A stretch of DNA of 62,481 nt, counting the filler, from Rhabdomonas costata (taxonomy: Eukaryota): assembly GCA_019059605.1 (NCBI GenBank). It is 31 parts of 31 records of this genome, joined end to end, with 100 filler letters (N's around TTAATTAATTAA, not from the genome) between each part and the next. Parts side by side here need not be neighbours in the genome. Positions count along the whole stretch, not along the records: positions 50,472 to 52,388 come from JAHMHO010007390.1; positions 52,489 to 54,406 come from JAHMHO010007391.1; positions 54,507 to 56,423 come from JAHMHO010007392.1; positions 56,524 to 58,440 come from JAHMHO010007393.1; positions 58,541 to 60,464 come from JAHMHO010007394.1; positions 60,565 to 62,481 come from JAHMHO010007395.1; 25 more parts are not named here. The stretch is one strand, 5' to 3'. The notes beneath the pieces are model-generated. The model saw only the letters and a program-made list of their open reading frames with translations, was not told the DNA's origin and did not search any database. Of the stretch, positions 50,372-62,481 are shown piece by piece. The translations under genes and the position numbers were made by a program. Position 1 is the stretch's first letter. Every line of letters starts with the position of its first letter.

Positions 50372-51849
50372 NNNNNNNNNNNNNNNNNNNNNNNNNNNNN
50401 NNNNNNNNNNNNNNNTTAATTAATTAANNNNNNNNNNNNNNNNNNNNNNNNNNNNNNNNNNNNNNNNNNNNTATGTTGGGTGTTTTGGGTGCCTTCTTTG
50501 ATTTTTTTGGTGGACTGTTTTCGCTGGTTTTCTCACGGGGTTTGACGGACAAGTGGAACAGGTTTATGTTGGAGCGCGGGCCGACGGGCGGATGTGGGGG
50601 TAATGCGGGGGTTTTCGCGACCGTCTATATCAAAAGTGACACATTTTTGAGGGTGCTGGGGTGGCCGAGATCCCCAGCCTAACCCTCTAACCCTTCAACA
50701 ACCTTAAAACGTTTAACAACGTTGAACCGTTTGATACGCCCCCCTCCCAAAAAATGCATCGGACTCCCGCATGAGCATGACGCGTCCAGGCTTTGACAGC
50801 GGGGAGCGGGGTGTAAGCAACATCCGCCAAGCTTGACCCTCAGCAGGCTGGTCCCTTACTCCCACATAGCACAGTTGGGATATGGGCAGTGGGCATCCAC
50901 AGGAGTCCAAAGGGGTGTTGCTGCAACCCTACCCCCACCCCCCATTTCCTGTGAGGCCCAAGACAATTGGTGAGGATCTGGAGGCTACGATTATACCCAC
51001 TAAAAGCAGAACCTCACTGTTACAGCGGTTACCACTGGTAACCACGAATACCACAGTCTCGCCACATCTCTTCCCCCAAAAACCAAAAAATTAATCTTTG
51101 GGCCTCACACACCACACCACACAACAAAACGAGCAGGGTGTCTGCTTACCAAAAAGGAGCGCAAGTTGTTCAGCGACTGCTCCCTTGACTGTTGATCCTG
51201 CTCCTCGCAGTACAAGGGGTTTACCACAGGGGACAACGGAAAGTTGGGTGATGTCATGGCTGCACAAAATCGTAAGACGAACAGCACGAAACCAATCGTA
51301 AAAAAAAAACGTTGAAGAAAAAACTGCGACGGGAAAGATTCATGCCAACAGCTCACGCAAGCACCGCAAGCTGCAACATGCTGAAACGTGTATAACAGTC
51401 ATGAGCGCGGGCGCTTCAAAAAAAAACCGGACATATCGTGAGCCGGAAGGAGGTTAGGAGGCCAAGAGCAGTGCATGTGCGGGGGGTAGGGGGGCAGCCA
51501 GTCCCAGACCTTTGAAATTTTCATAAGGGAGACTTGGCAGGACCATGAGAAAGCCTTCAAAAGGAAGCAAGAGCCCATGTAACCCGAAATGAAGCAGCGC
51601 GGAAAAAGCGGTCTCAAACCCACGCCGCCAATAGTGTCCACATCAGATTTTGATTCTCTCAGAATCATCGTCAAAAGCAGAACAACTTGGACAAAGATCT
51701 TTAAACTTCCAGTAGCGTGCATTTCTCGGGGTGTGAACTCCCATCTTATCAATCCAAAACACCACTGACTTGACTTGATGGAGACCGGAACAAGCCAAGA
51801 ACTCTTGCATAGATTCACGACAATCCACCCCTGCACAGGGCGTGGTAGG

Positions 51850-52388
51850 TTAGTCCGGCACGGCCAGTTCCGTGAGGCCTACACAGTGCACCACCTCAGC
51901 GGACTCAACGCTGCGAAATGCCTCCACCGTTGCCACCACACGCCGCTGGAGGGCCTCTCCCCCTCCGGGAAGAGGCTCAAAAACGTAAATCCCAACCTGC
52001 TCATACTTCGCCCCAAGACCCTTCAGCTCTTCCTCCACGGCAGGCGAGTATTCCCTGAAGGCCAGGGTCCAACCTTCCTCCACCTCCGATTGCATTTGTT
52101 CGGAAAGTGACCGGTACGGGCTTCCACCTTGGCTGGGCTCCTTCGCAGAGTCGGACTTAGAGTCTGCACCCGCGTAGCAGTTCGGCCACATCGAGGCGGC
52201 AGAGCGGCTCAGCGGGGCGCTGGCCAGGTCCTCTCGCAGAAGCTGGTTCTGCTGACGGTTCTGGGTCAGGCTTCGAAGCTCTCCCCGAGGGTTGAACGCG
52301 GTCAGCGAGACGCGAAACCCCGTGCGAAGGGCCTCGGGAAGAGGCATCACCGCCTTGCGAGTGTATGGGGCCCGGAGGACACAGTCAG
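51850..52388 (-). CDS. DUF3293-like protein, C-terminal part
   Basis: LTAFNPRGELRSLTQNRQQNQLLREDL...EEGWTL...LGAKYEQVGIY fits the TAxNP..N..N..L / EExW / LG..Y/F.Q.xI pattern. Confidence 0.7.
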
Positions 52389-52550
52389 NNNNNNNNNNNN
52401 NNNNNNNNNNNNNNNNNNNNNNNNNNNNNNNNTTAATTAATTAANNNNNNNNNNNNNNNNNNNNNNNNNNNNNNNNNNNNNNNNNNNNGGGTTTGTGGTC
52501 TTGCTATGGTATTCCTTCCTCCTCCCCTCCCCACTCCTCCTGCCCCAAAG

Positions 52551-53066
52551 GCGTGCGTGCCTGACGTGAGGTTCTCGGAGACGCTGTTTCGCTTCGGCGA
52601 GTGCGACGTTCACAACCGTGTGGGCATCGAGTTCACCATCACCAACGATTGCCCTGACCTTGCCATTCCCTTCAGTGCGTCCTCCCCTGCTCTGTCACAA
52701 AATAGACCCTTTATTTCTAAGCATCGATTGGCAAACTCTGTTCATCGTTGTTAGTCCAAGTTTCCGAACCCAAGGTGCGGGGCAGGTCTGTGCTCTCCGC
52801 CGACTGCATTAGTGTATGGCAATGATTGGTGAGGACTGCTCTGCAGCAAAGCACAGCATAGCATAGCATAGCATAGCATAGCATAGCATAATGCTTTGCA
52901 ACGGTGAATACCCGCAGCAAAGGCGCCAGTCATTTTGTCATTAAGCGGGCTTCTTATTCCCCAGAAATCAACCGAGTGGCCCACTTCCACGCCGAGCCCG
53001 ACCACGACGTGCTTCGGTCGGGAGGAAGCCGGACGGTGACGCTGATCTTTCAGCCCAACCAGGTTG
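52551..53066 (+). CDS. CFAP47-like cilia/flagella ASH-domain protein; exons 52551-52674 and 52965-53066
   Basis: FRFGECDVHNRVGIEFTITNDCPDLAIPFK-INRVAHFHAEP...VTLIFQPNQVG across a phase-1 GT-AG intron. Confidence 0.7.
52853..52890 (+). repeat. (AGCAT)n pentanucleotide microsatellite, intronic
   Basis: About 7 tandem units. Confidence 0.9.
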
Positions 53067-56000
53067 GTACAGGAGGGAAAGGCTGAAGTGCGGGGTTGGC
53101 ATGGCAATGCGGCAAACTCAGACTTGAAAGAAAGAAAACTGAAAGATGTTTTCCTTTGGTGCATGCCAGTGGCCAAGTTCTGGTGGGATGACCGCCTTTA
53201 CTCACTTGCTTTTTCTGTGGTGGTTGCTTTTTCGTTTCACCCGAAACAAAGAGCAAAGGGGGACGTCCGCAGTTGAAACAAAACCTGCACATAACAGGAT
53301 TGAACCAGCAAAGCGTCACCTATGGCCGGTTTCTTTTCCACGCACACAAGAATGGTACAAGACACAGGTCACCCCTTCCCCGCCCCACCGCGGGGAACAA
53401 ACTCACCATCTCAGGTGGGAGCTTCAACTCAGTTTAACCGCCTTTGCTGGAGGATTCGGTTTGGGTGACAGTTCATAAGTTTGTTATTTTTGTATGCTTG
53501 TGCGCGAAAGAAAAAGACGCAAAAGAAGGGAAATATGGGAAGAAACGAAAAGATGTCCTGGTCAAGATGCGCGCAGCTGTGTGCTTGCACGTCGGAGGTA
53601 GCACTGCCAGGTGCCGCAGGGTGCCAGCTCACCACAAGAGAGGTCAGGATGCCCCACAGTGCCTGGATACCCCCTCCAGCTGGCGGGTCCCAGGTTTGAA
53701 AGAAGACTGCATACAAAACCCCTCTCAGACGCCCAACACTGGGGCCAAAATTCATGCAAACACGGGAAGTAGCACGCTGCCATGAGGCTCTTCCTGTCCG
53801 TTCCAAACTGGAAAGAAAGCGGGGAAGAAGTGCATGGTTCCTGCATTCCTATGTTTAGCTGGGGCAGTTCGCGAACACTCTGGTGTGCACACTTTCCGAC
53901 GTCAAGAACATCCCGTTGGAGGTCAGTGGCGTGTCTCGCCGAGTCGGGGACAAGACTACCCGGGTGTGCGATTGCCTCTCTTTTTCGCGAAGCGGAAAAT
54001 TGAAAGGAGTCATGGCAACGCACAGGATGATCAGGGTCCTCGAAAAAGGCAGTGCAATAATTTGCAGCGGTTGGCAGTGATGGAAAAAGACATGATCGAG
54101 AATGTATGGCGGTCAAGTGATGAGAGGGAAAACGTGAAGACTAGTGGAGAACACCTCGAGTGAATGTAGTGTGATCAAAAAGAAATGTACCCGGAAGACG
54201 GGGGGCTTATGTGCTGTGTGCTGAATAGAGGGTAAATAAACACACAACCAGTTGTTAAATTTTGCAAATGGTATGATCGCGCAGGTGGCGCAACTGCGCA
54301 GTATTTATCGCGAATTAAAACCAAAACAATGTGACTCAAATCGCCAGGAATGTCAGGTGTTCAGCAGCACAGAACGACAAACACACCCCAAACACACCAC
54401 CACACCNNNNNNNNNNNNNNNNNNNNNNNNNNNNNNNNNNNNNNNNNNNNTTAATTAATTAANNNNNNNNNNNNNNNNNNNNNNNNNNNNNNNNNNNNNN
54501 NNNNNNGGTTGGTGGTGCTGGCATTGTGTGAAATGTGGTGATGATGATGATTTTGGGGGGGATAAGTGGAGAGCAATTTGGAGTTTCCTACACCAAGGTC
54601 AAGCTAACTACACTAGTCGGTAGGTGAGCACGGTGGACACAACAGAGGTTTCCAGTACTGTAGTGCAGTAGGGTTGCTATGACAGCGACGGATGTCATTG
54701 GTTGTCGAATGGAGTTAGCAAACCAAGCGAAAAAGAAAACCGTTAGTTGCGCACGAGAGAAGAGAAAGAAGTGTAAGCTGAGTTGCGCAGCTGCTGCTCG
54801 AAGAAGTCGTTGGGTCGGTAGGTCGTATGAAAACTGGCATCTGAACAACAGAAAAAGAAATCAAAAGCTCTGAGAAGACGCAAAGTCGACAAGAGAGAAA
54901 AGAGTGTGCCAACGGGGCCAACAGGCTTGACGCTTGACTGTGATAGCGTCTAATGTTTTCATCCAAGACTCCCGAGGACAATCTGGTGCTCGTGCCTTGA
55001 AAATCCAACGCGCGACCTCTTCTGTGGGGTCCAACTCATGCCAAGGTGGTGAATCGTGATCCTCCTCCTTTATTAGAGAAAAATACTCCGGAGGTAGTGG
55101 TCATGAAGTCTCAGGAACAAAAGGTTGCAAGGGTGCTGATTCCGTTATGGAGGACACTGGTTGCGAGTTATGTACTGGATGGTCCCATGCAGGAAACTCA
55201 GGAGGTACTTCTGGAACAGGTGGTGTCGTTAGAGACAAGGGTCTTGCAGAACTCAGGGGCGTTTGGTTGCGTACTTCACGTGCAAATTCAAATGGGTCTT
55301 TGTATAAGTAGTCGTTAGCTGGTAACGGCGGGGCTTAACGCTCCCCCACCGAAGGTGAATGCTCCTCACTGGAGGCGAATGCTCCCACACTCGAGTGGAT
55401 TGCTCCATGGCATACGGCGCAGGATCACTTGCTGCTGAGTCGGAGGATTCTGAGGCTGGTCCACTGTTGGATTCAAAGATTACAGGTCCCATTGGTTGTT
55501 TTACTTGCGGGGGGTGCATTTGATCTATCGTTTGGTCGTCGGATGGCGGCGGCGACAGTCTGTGTTGAGTAGGACTGCCATGGTTGATGGAAACACAATA
55601 CGGACACCAGGACAAAGCCGGTTGCACCAAGGTGGGTACGTTAGCGACTCTGACTTACATCACCTGACGCTTGCGCGGTCTGAAGCACCTGGATGCGATA
55701 GCTCCGACATGTTTTCCAAGTGTTAAGCGGTAGGAACAGTAGTGGCCTCGGCGGCAGGGGGTCTGATCCTTCTTCAATGGAAACTTCAACGTCGTGGACC
55801 ACCCGCTCAGTAAACAAAGATTTCAGCGTTAGTTCTTTGGGAAGAAAACCAGTAGTTGTTGCAAAAGAAAGGGGGGTTGGGAAAAGAAAGAAAACTCTGG
55901 TAGTGTTAGCATTCCTGGTAGATCTCCCAGCGTTAACTGCTCAAAACGTTGCTCCCTCACGCTTGCCTTCTGTCTGTGTGACTCGTGCACATCCCGTTCT

Positions 56001-59000
56001 CACCACACTGGTACTACTACCATTCACTGGCGGTGGCAACACACGATACGTCAGCGCTGTCTTCCTGTGCTGTACGCAACACACGTGGCAGCGGAGTAGC
56101 ATCGCCAATCAGATACACCTACCGCATCGCACGTGACTGTGGCTCCTGAGGCATCGAAGGGACCATCATGGAGGCAGTAAAGGTGAATGCTACGTACCAA
56201 CTTAGGGTGGGGAGTAGCATGAACCATCATGCATATGGAGGAACGACCGGAGGGAGTGACGACCGGCAGAGAACACAAATTACCCCTTAGCCCCTAAAAT
56301 ACCCCCACCATGTGACTCATCTTGGCATCGCGGTTCTGTCCCTGCGGGGCCCTTACCCTTACACTAGCGGAGCGAGTAAGATGGAAGGATGGCATCGAGG
56401 TACAAGATGGCATCCCCACAACANNNNNNNNNNNNNNNNNNNNNNNNNNNNNNNNNNNNNNNNNNNNTTAATTAATTAANNNNNNNNNNNNNNNNNNNNN
56501 NNNNNNNNNNNNNNNNNNNNNNNTTCAACTTTCACTGCTGTTTGCAAGTAGCACGCGCGGTATTTGGAGTTCTTTGGTATTACTTTTGTTGCGCGCTTCT
56601 GTAGACATCAAGTCTGTTCATAATGTCTGTTATCTGTGTTTGAATTCACATTTTAAAATCTGCAATTAAATAGGGAGTTGATTCAAATTTTAAATAGGTG
56701 TTGGTGTAAGTGCGTGCGCCTAAAACAATGTTCTAATTGAAGTTCATCTGCTGTTTTCACTATCGAACTTTTGAAAACATACACGATTAAACACATGTGT
56801 AATACTATACGGTTTTGACACATTACAGTAAGGCTTACAAAGCGCGGTGGCTTTTACTGATAACTATTGATGTTTCACTTCATTTTCAGTTTTCAACTGT
56901 GCTGAATTTTCCGATACATTCTAACACTTACATGGAGGTATTGTGCTACAACACTCCACCGTGCTTGTGATTGTGCCTTTGGATTGTGCTCTGCTACTAT
57001 GGCTAATGTATCTTCTTTTGCTTCTTTTGGTTGAACATAGGTGCAATGGTTTGATTTAGAATCTTGTATTATCATGACGCTGTTTTAGCTCAGTGTAGGT
57101 AACAAGTAAGAGTAATGTTTGTCATGTGCGAATACTGATAATGAAGGAAACGTTCACCACAACAAACGTTTGTAACAAAAATTCTCGTGCAGTTGGAAGT
57201 ACATGTTGCCGTATTGTTGACTACCTAGAGTCAATTTGGATCTGCATACCTCTTGCTACCACTTTGTTTCTCACTATCAATCAGCAAACTCACATCCGGG
57301 TCTCTATTGTTGCACAAAGAAACCGCATTTGAACGAACACACCAAAACATTTAATTGGCAAATAAATTCGGAGCACTTATTTATGCACAAAGCCATAAAC
57401 ACTCCATCACCACCCGCCCAGTCGCATGTTTTCCTTCTTTGACGTAGAGGCAGTTGTAACTCTCTGGTATTGCAAAAATATGACAAAAGTGTTGGCACCA
57501 TGTACAATGCATACTTTCTGTAAATTCAACTTCCATGTCGAAGTAAAAGTTCCACGTAGACAATGTATATTTAATTGAAAACTTGTATATCAATGCAAAT
57601 GAAACAACATGTATTTGAATTAGCAAACGTATTCACTAATTCACTGAGAAAACAATTAAAGTGTTTCCACTGATTAAAGTTGATATTTTACAGACTTGTG
57701 CATGGTTACTACAAGTAGAAGCATTCTTATTTCCGCTCTTCTGTTCTTGGAAGAGTTTTGACAATTAGAAAATCACTGCTGAAAAGTAGTTGCTCATAAT
57801 CACTGTAAATGCACAGAAGAACAACCTCAAGTAGAAAGAATAGATTCTGAAACGGCACAAAATCCTGCACACTTGTCTCGATTCCACTAACGTTTGTCAG
57901 TGTCAGTGTTTGGACAGATACTGTGCACATCCAGTAGACATAAATAAACATTTCCTTTTTGCTGTTGACATTGACTGCAAATGCTATTTTTCGACTACTT
58001 TGGCTTTTTATATCTAATAAACAAGTGGCAAGCAAATGCAGTAATAAATATTTAGTGGATAACTGTACATCAGTGCCCAATATGCCGTGTGGCAAGGAGT
58101 ACAATAAGCGCTCAGAATCAGTTGACATTTTAGTTCTGTAAATGATTCTTTTAGAATATTGTTTTTTCAGATAAGGTTTTAGTAAAAAATGCTCTGTAAA
58201 CAGAAAAAACAATTTAACATAAACGTATTCAAACGAGAATGCGAGAACAACATTTTTACAACTTGACACGTTGTAACTTTGAAAACTCCTGTTGCTATAA
58301 AGAGCCGTGACATGAGAACATTTGACAGAAGTACAGATATGCTATTTATTTTTTAAGTACACTGCATAAATGCACTTTTTTACTCATCTGAAATGGTAAA
58401 AATGCTGGTGTGGCTCGGCCACTAACAAACCCCACCAAAANNNNNNNNNNNNNNNNNNNNNNNNNNNNNNNNNNNNNNNNNNNNTTAATTAATTAANNNN
58501 NNNNNNNNNNNNNNNNNNNNNNNNNNNNNNNNNNNNNNNNGTGCTGCCGGAAGAAGCGATTCGTCCCACGACTGAATTCTGGCCTTGCTCTCGGCTTTTT
58601 TTTTTGTTAATTCCATGAGTTTCGGGAATTTAGTGTCTCGACGGTTCAGAATGGTACTTGGGTTCTATCTATGAACTGGCGAGCAGAAGAAACTCTTTTC
58701 AGCCACCGTACACCCATTATTTTTCAAAAACCTTGGTAACTTACGACGCTTTTTTTTTTGGTATACCCTCGCTCAGCATGTTCTTCGTTAAAGCATGGCG
58801 AGTTCCGGACTTGTTCAGAATGGAAATGACAAAGCCCACTCCTTGTTTTGGTTGGTGTGCAATCCTTCGCAGAGTCACTCGGGTGCAGAGTCCCGCTGCG
58901 GCTGATTACGCTTTCGAAGCGTGACTTCTCAGATACGCTTTAATGACTCTGCTTTCCCTATCCTCGTGCACATTAGATTATTGCGGTGCCACCAACCACT

Positions 59001-59301
59001 TTTTCTTGTCTTTGTGCTTTGTGCAGCCCTTCTAGTCCGTGAGGTTCCCGCGGTGCACGCGCGCACACACGCACCCAGCACCGTCCTTCCTCTTCCCCAT
59101 AAGGCCACCTTACTTTTCTTCTTTGTTTTTTTTCCCTTTTCCCACCTTTCCTGCGCCTTTTTCCCGTGAGCTGCTGTGGCAAAGAGCCTCCTCGCGTGAA
59201 AAGGGCTGCCCCTACTTTGTTGTACTTTTGTGGTCTGTGGTGCTCAGTGGGGAAGTCGACCTCGAGTCCTCCCAGGAAAATTCGCTCTGGCCAAGTGTTC
59301 C

Positions 59302-59304
<3 letters not shown>

Positions 59305-59334
<30 letters not shown>
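59305..59334 (+). repeat. (TG)n microsatellite
   Basis: Perfect dinucleotide run. Confidence 0.9.
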
Positions 59335-59336
<2 letters not shown>

Positions 59337-60325
59337 CGTGTGTATGTGTGTATTTATGGGTGGTATGCTGAAAAGAGATGATCTTGGTTGCCTGCTGCCC
59401 GTCCATTCCCACGGGTCTCATTGCCTCCGGATTCACTCCCTCTTTGACACCCAAATTCATCACTCAAAACCCTGGGCTTTCAATATCACAGCCACATTTG
59501 TGTTACGTGCCAGTTTTCTGGCCGTTTCTTCTCCGCCCCTGGTGTAAACAAGATGCTGGAGGGGTGCGAATACAGGTGCGCGGCTTCTCCGATTGCGGGG
59601 GACGCAACGCGCGATTGCTGGTGGTCAAGCGTGTCTTGCTTCTTGTGAGGTATCATCGGTGTGCCCCCTGTCCTATCTATCCATCCATCGATCCATCTAC
59701 TATTCATCCTTCGAACCTGTTCCCATTCACACCACTTGCTTTATTCCTCATTCTTGGGCTTCTTGAGCATCTGTGCACTGCCCGGTACCTCTCTGAATGT
59801 GATGTGTGAGTTGATTGAGGTCCGCCAAGACGCAGATTTGCCTTCCTTGTCCTGCACTGAACCCCGTTCTTGAACATTCATTGTATGCCCTTGCATCCTG
59901 CGTAAAGCGTGCCCATCGCTGCTCGCTTCGGCTTTGCAACTGGCCGGAGAAGGGGAACGCTTTGGATGCTCTTCAGCTTTTTGTTGTAAGACTTCTCTCT
60001 CGATGTGCATTTTTTAAATGACAATTGGCACGTCGGGGTAAAACAAGATCACCTGTGTCGTTCTCCTGCTTTCCGACGTGCTTTTTGGGGGCATTTTGGA
60101 GATTCTCAGAGAGTCATAACCGCTTTGAGTTCAATGTGCCATTCCTTCGCTGTGCTTCCTTCTGTTGGTGTTGCGCCAATATTTTCCTTTGGATATTTTT
60201 CTTTTCCGTGGGAGTGGCCGGTGTGTGAGACTCTGGTAGGGTCTTGCCTGAATCATTCCCCTCAGGAGGAGGCTTCTTCTTAACCACAGCTTGTGCCCAA
60301 TGTGTCACAGCACACACGCGCCACA

Positions 60326-60422
60326 GTGGTGCGAGAGATCTCTTCTGGAAGAGAACTGGAGAAGAGATCTCTCGCACCACAGTGGTGCGAGAGATCTCTT
60401 CTCCAGTTCTCTTCCAGAAGAG
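60326..60422. repeat. Nested perfect palindromes
   Basis: 41-bp arms 60340-60380 and 60382-60422 around a single A, overlapping a 21-bp inverted repeat at 60326-60346 and 60360-60380. Confidence 0.9.
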
Positions 60423-60753
60423 CGGGTGAGTAGTAAGCTGTCATCCCTCCCCCCACCACCCCCCNNNNNNNNNNNNNNNNNNNNNNNNNNNNNNNNNNNN
60501 NNNNNNNNTTAATTAATTAANNNNNNNNNNNNNNNNNNNNNNNNNNNNNNNNNNNNNNNNNNNNTTTTCTAGGGCATCACCCCTCCAGTGGAAAACGCAG
60601 CCGAAAGCATCGACATACGCCATGATTCTCCGATAGTGACTCACAGATCCTCATTTTACATGCATTTTGATTTGTGAATCCCACATAAGCACGGTCCATT
60701 TGGGGGTTTGCACAAAATGAAAGTCTCGAATGGGGTGAATGTTCTGTGCGCAG

Positions 60754-62481
60754 CTCGAGGGGTTGAACTGGATGGTTTCCCTGTATGTGAACAACTTGAA
60801 CGGCTTATTAGCTGACGAGATGGGCTTGGGGAAGACCTACCAGGTGTGTACAGTCGTCCTCTGTCAGCATTTGGTACCGCAAGAATCCCGGTCACCTCTC
60901 AGACTAATTTGTTTGTGTCTATCTGTTTGTGTCCTCGTATCACTTACGGTGCCATACCTACCAGTTGATCCCCATAAGGTTCTAACCCGAAACCGATTCA
61001 GGTTGCGGGATGTGTCTCTTGTTCATATCCATCTACACTACCGAAGCTGAGCTAGAGGCGAGAAAAGTGCGAGCGCGATAGCGTTGACGAGGAGAGTTTA
61101 CCTCTCCGCCGCATGTCGTCATTGATGTTTTGATGTATATCCGTGCCCTTTTTGTGGTAGACTATTGCCCTGATGTGCTACCTGAAGGAGAAGAAGGCAA
61201 ATTGCGGCCCCAACCTTGTGCTCTGTCCGCTATCGTATGTGCGCTCTTGCTTTAGCGGCTCAGCTTTGTTTTTGTGGCGTTGGGTGGTGTGTACTTGTTT
61301 TTTTTCTTTTGGAATTTTTGGTGGGCGATGACGAATTTCAACATTTGTTTACGGTTTTCACATTAAAAGCGCATACATTCTAATGTCAGATGCGACCGCA
61401 ACACCCTCCGCTGGTATCCACGACATCAAAGCGCAAGGGTCAAGTAGCAGCAAAGAAAGAGACGACAGGTAAAGGGTGACATTTCATAGACCATTTTGTT
61501 TTCTGCGGTATGTCAAGACATTCTTCCCAGAAGTGGCTTTTCCTGGGCTTGATGAATTGTTTGCTTCAAGGAGGGCTGCCTCTTCTTGTTGAAAACTCTC
61601 TCACAAACCTTTTCAACCGTGGGTGCTGTGTTGAATGCATGTATGGAGGTGTTGTGTGGCTTTCAGGGTGCTGGACAACTGGGCGGCAGAATTCCAAAAG
61701 TGGGCACCTTCCCTCGTGGTCCACACCTTCCGCGGAAAACCTGAAGAACGCCAGCTTCTGTGGGTATGTGTCCTCCAAGCTCCCGTCAAGGAGCCCGCTT
61801 CTTTAAACTCCAAACGTTCTCCCTTTTCACGCACTATTGCCAAGTGTGTGAATCCGTTTAATGTAACCGTTGGGACGATGGATTCGTGGTGTGATTCCTT
61901 TTCATGCTTCACTCCGCCATGTAATGGGGGCGGCTTTGCAGTTATGTTTCAGCGTGGGGTTGATCGGTACAAGTCACGCTTCCTTTGCCAGCTGTGTGCA
62001 GTGCATTTCGTGGTGGGTTTTCGGTTGCACACGTGGGGCGTCTCCTGCTTCTGCTGCTTCTGGCGGTGACTTTTCTTAGACTACCGTCATTCAGCCCGGG
62101 AAGTTCAATGTGGTCATCGCGCAGTACGAGTATGCTCATGCCCTTTTTGGAACTTGTGTTTTTTCTCATCCTGCACGGAGTCCATCTCCTGGTTGGAACG
62201 GCTTCACCTCACCCACACCAGTTTTCCTTCTTTTCCTTCCTCTTCTTCTTGCTCATCATCCCTGCTTGCCTCCTCCAACACAAATTCACGTGCACACATG
62301 CCATTCCCGTTTTTCTACTTTGCGCGTGTGGACTTTGCCGACTTCTGTTTTATGTCTGTGAAGCCTGGCCGGCTGGCTGTTGCTTCACCTCTGCGCTCGC
62401 GCCCTTTCATAGATACGGGTTTCGCACCGCGAGCCCGCTGTGGAAAGTTTCATGGAACTTCATTGTCGTCGACGAAGGCCA
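60754..62481 (+). CDS. SNF2-family chromatin-remodelling ATPase, N-terminal lobe; exons 60754-60843, 61161-61234, 61667-61763, 62080-62129, 62413-62481
   Basis: [62 protein letters not shown]..[20 protein letters not shown]; four in-phase GT-AG introns. Confidence 0.95.

Larger units (their letters stand above)
1919..60564. other. Artificial contig spacers (N-run + TTAATTAATTAA + N-run), recurring about every 2.02 kb, 30 in total
   Basis: Identical 100-nt spacer repeated; the linker gives stops in all six frames; contigs are all about 1.92 kb, consistent with size-sorted concatenation. Confidence 0.98.

Noticed and set aside
56290..56330. Possible LTR end plus primer-binding site (ACA-TGGTGG on the minus strand) upstream of gag-like sequence
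   Set aside because: No second LTR, no recognisable tRNA match and no gag motif.
1919..60564. Regularly spaced TTAATTAATTAA repeat (CRISPR-like periodicity) and ORFs ending in XXX-LIN
   Set aside because: These are artificial contig linkers; gene adjacency across them is meaningless.
486..62481. Alternative genetic code or euglenid stem-loop nonconventional introns
   Set aside because: Conserved exons translate without internal stops in the standard code, all resolved acceptors are AG, and no terminal intron pairing was evident.

Overview
This window is not a continuous locus. It holds 31 unrelated contigs of about 1.92 kb, joined by N-spacers that contain a TTAATTAATTAA six-frame stop linker. 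Many contig ends carry G/T-only (or A/C-only) remnants resembling a whole-genome-amplification primer, and several end in fold-back inverted repeats. The DNA is eukaryotic nuclear and intron-rich, from a flagellated protist, most likely a non-kinetoplastid euglenozoan (inference from the proteasome alpha-5 sequence, a Cet1-type triphosphatase, a CFAP47-like gene, TTAGGG repeats and dense introns). The supplied ORF track is mostly uninformative, so I rebuilt spliced gene fragments by hand: a desaturase-like protein, MetH, a PHD finger, a PARP, a Cet1-type RNA triphosphatase, a NUDIX hydrolase, an O-fucosyltransferase-like protein, a MYST acetyltransferase, a TBL/PC-esterase, a hemerythrin, a DUF3883-like protein, an ART-ankyrin protein, a kelch/Cys-rich/TM/ART-like receptor, DUF3293, CFAP47 and a SNF2 ATPase, plus decayed Ty3/gypsy and Penelope-like retroelements. 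The most interesting signals are: (1) candidate GC and GA splice donors that always follow an exonic AG; (2) a proteasome alpha-5 first exon sitting as a phase-compatible cassette inside an unrelated gene; (3) three ADP-ribosyltransferase genes in 31 fragments, including a possible receptor-ART. All family calls come from motif recognition by eye; no searches were run.
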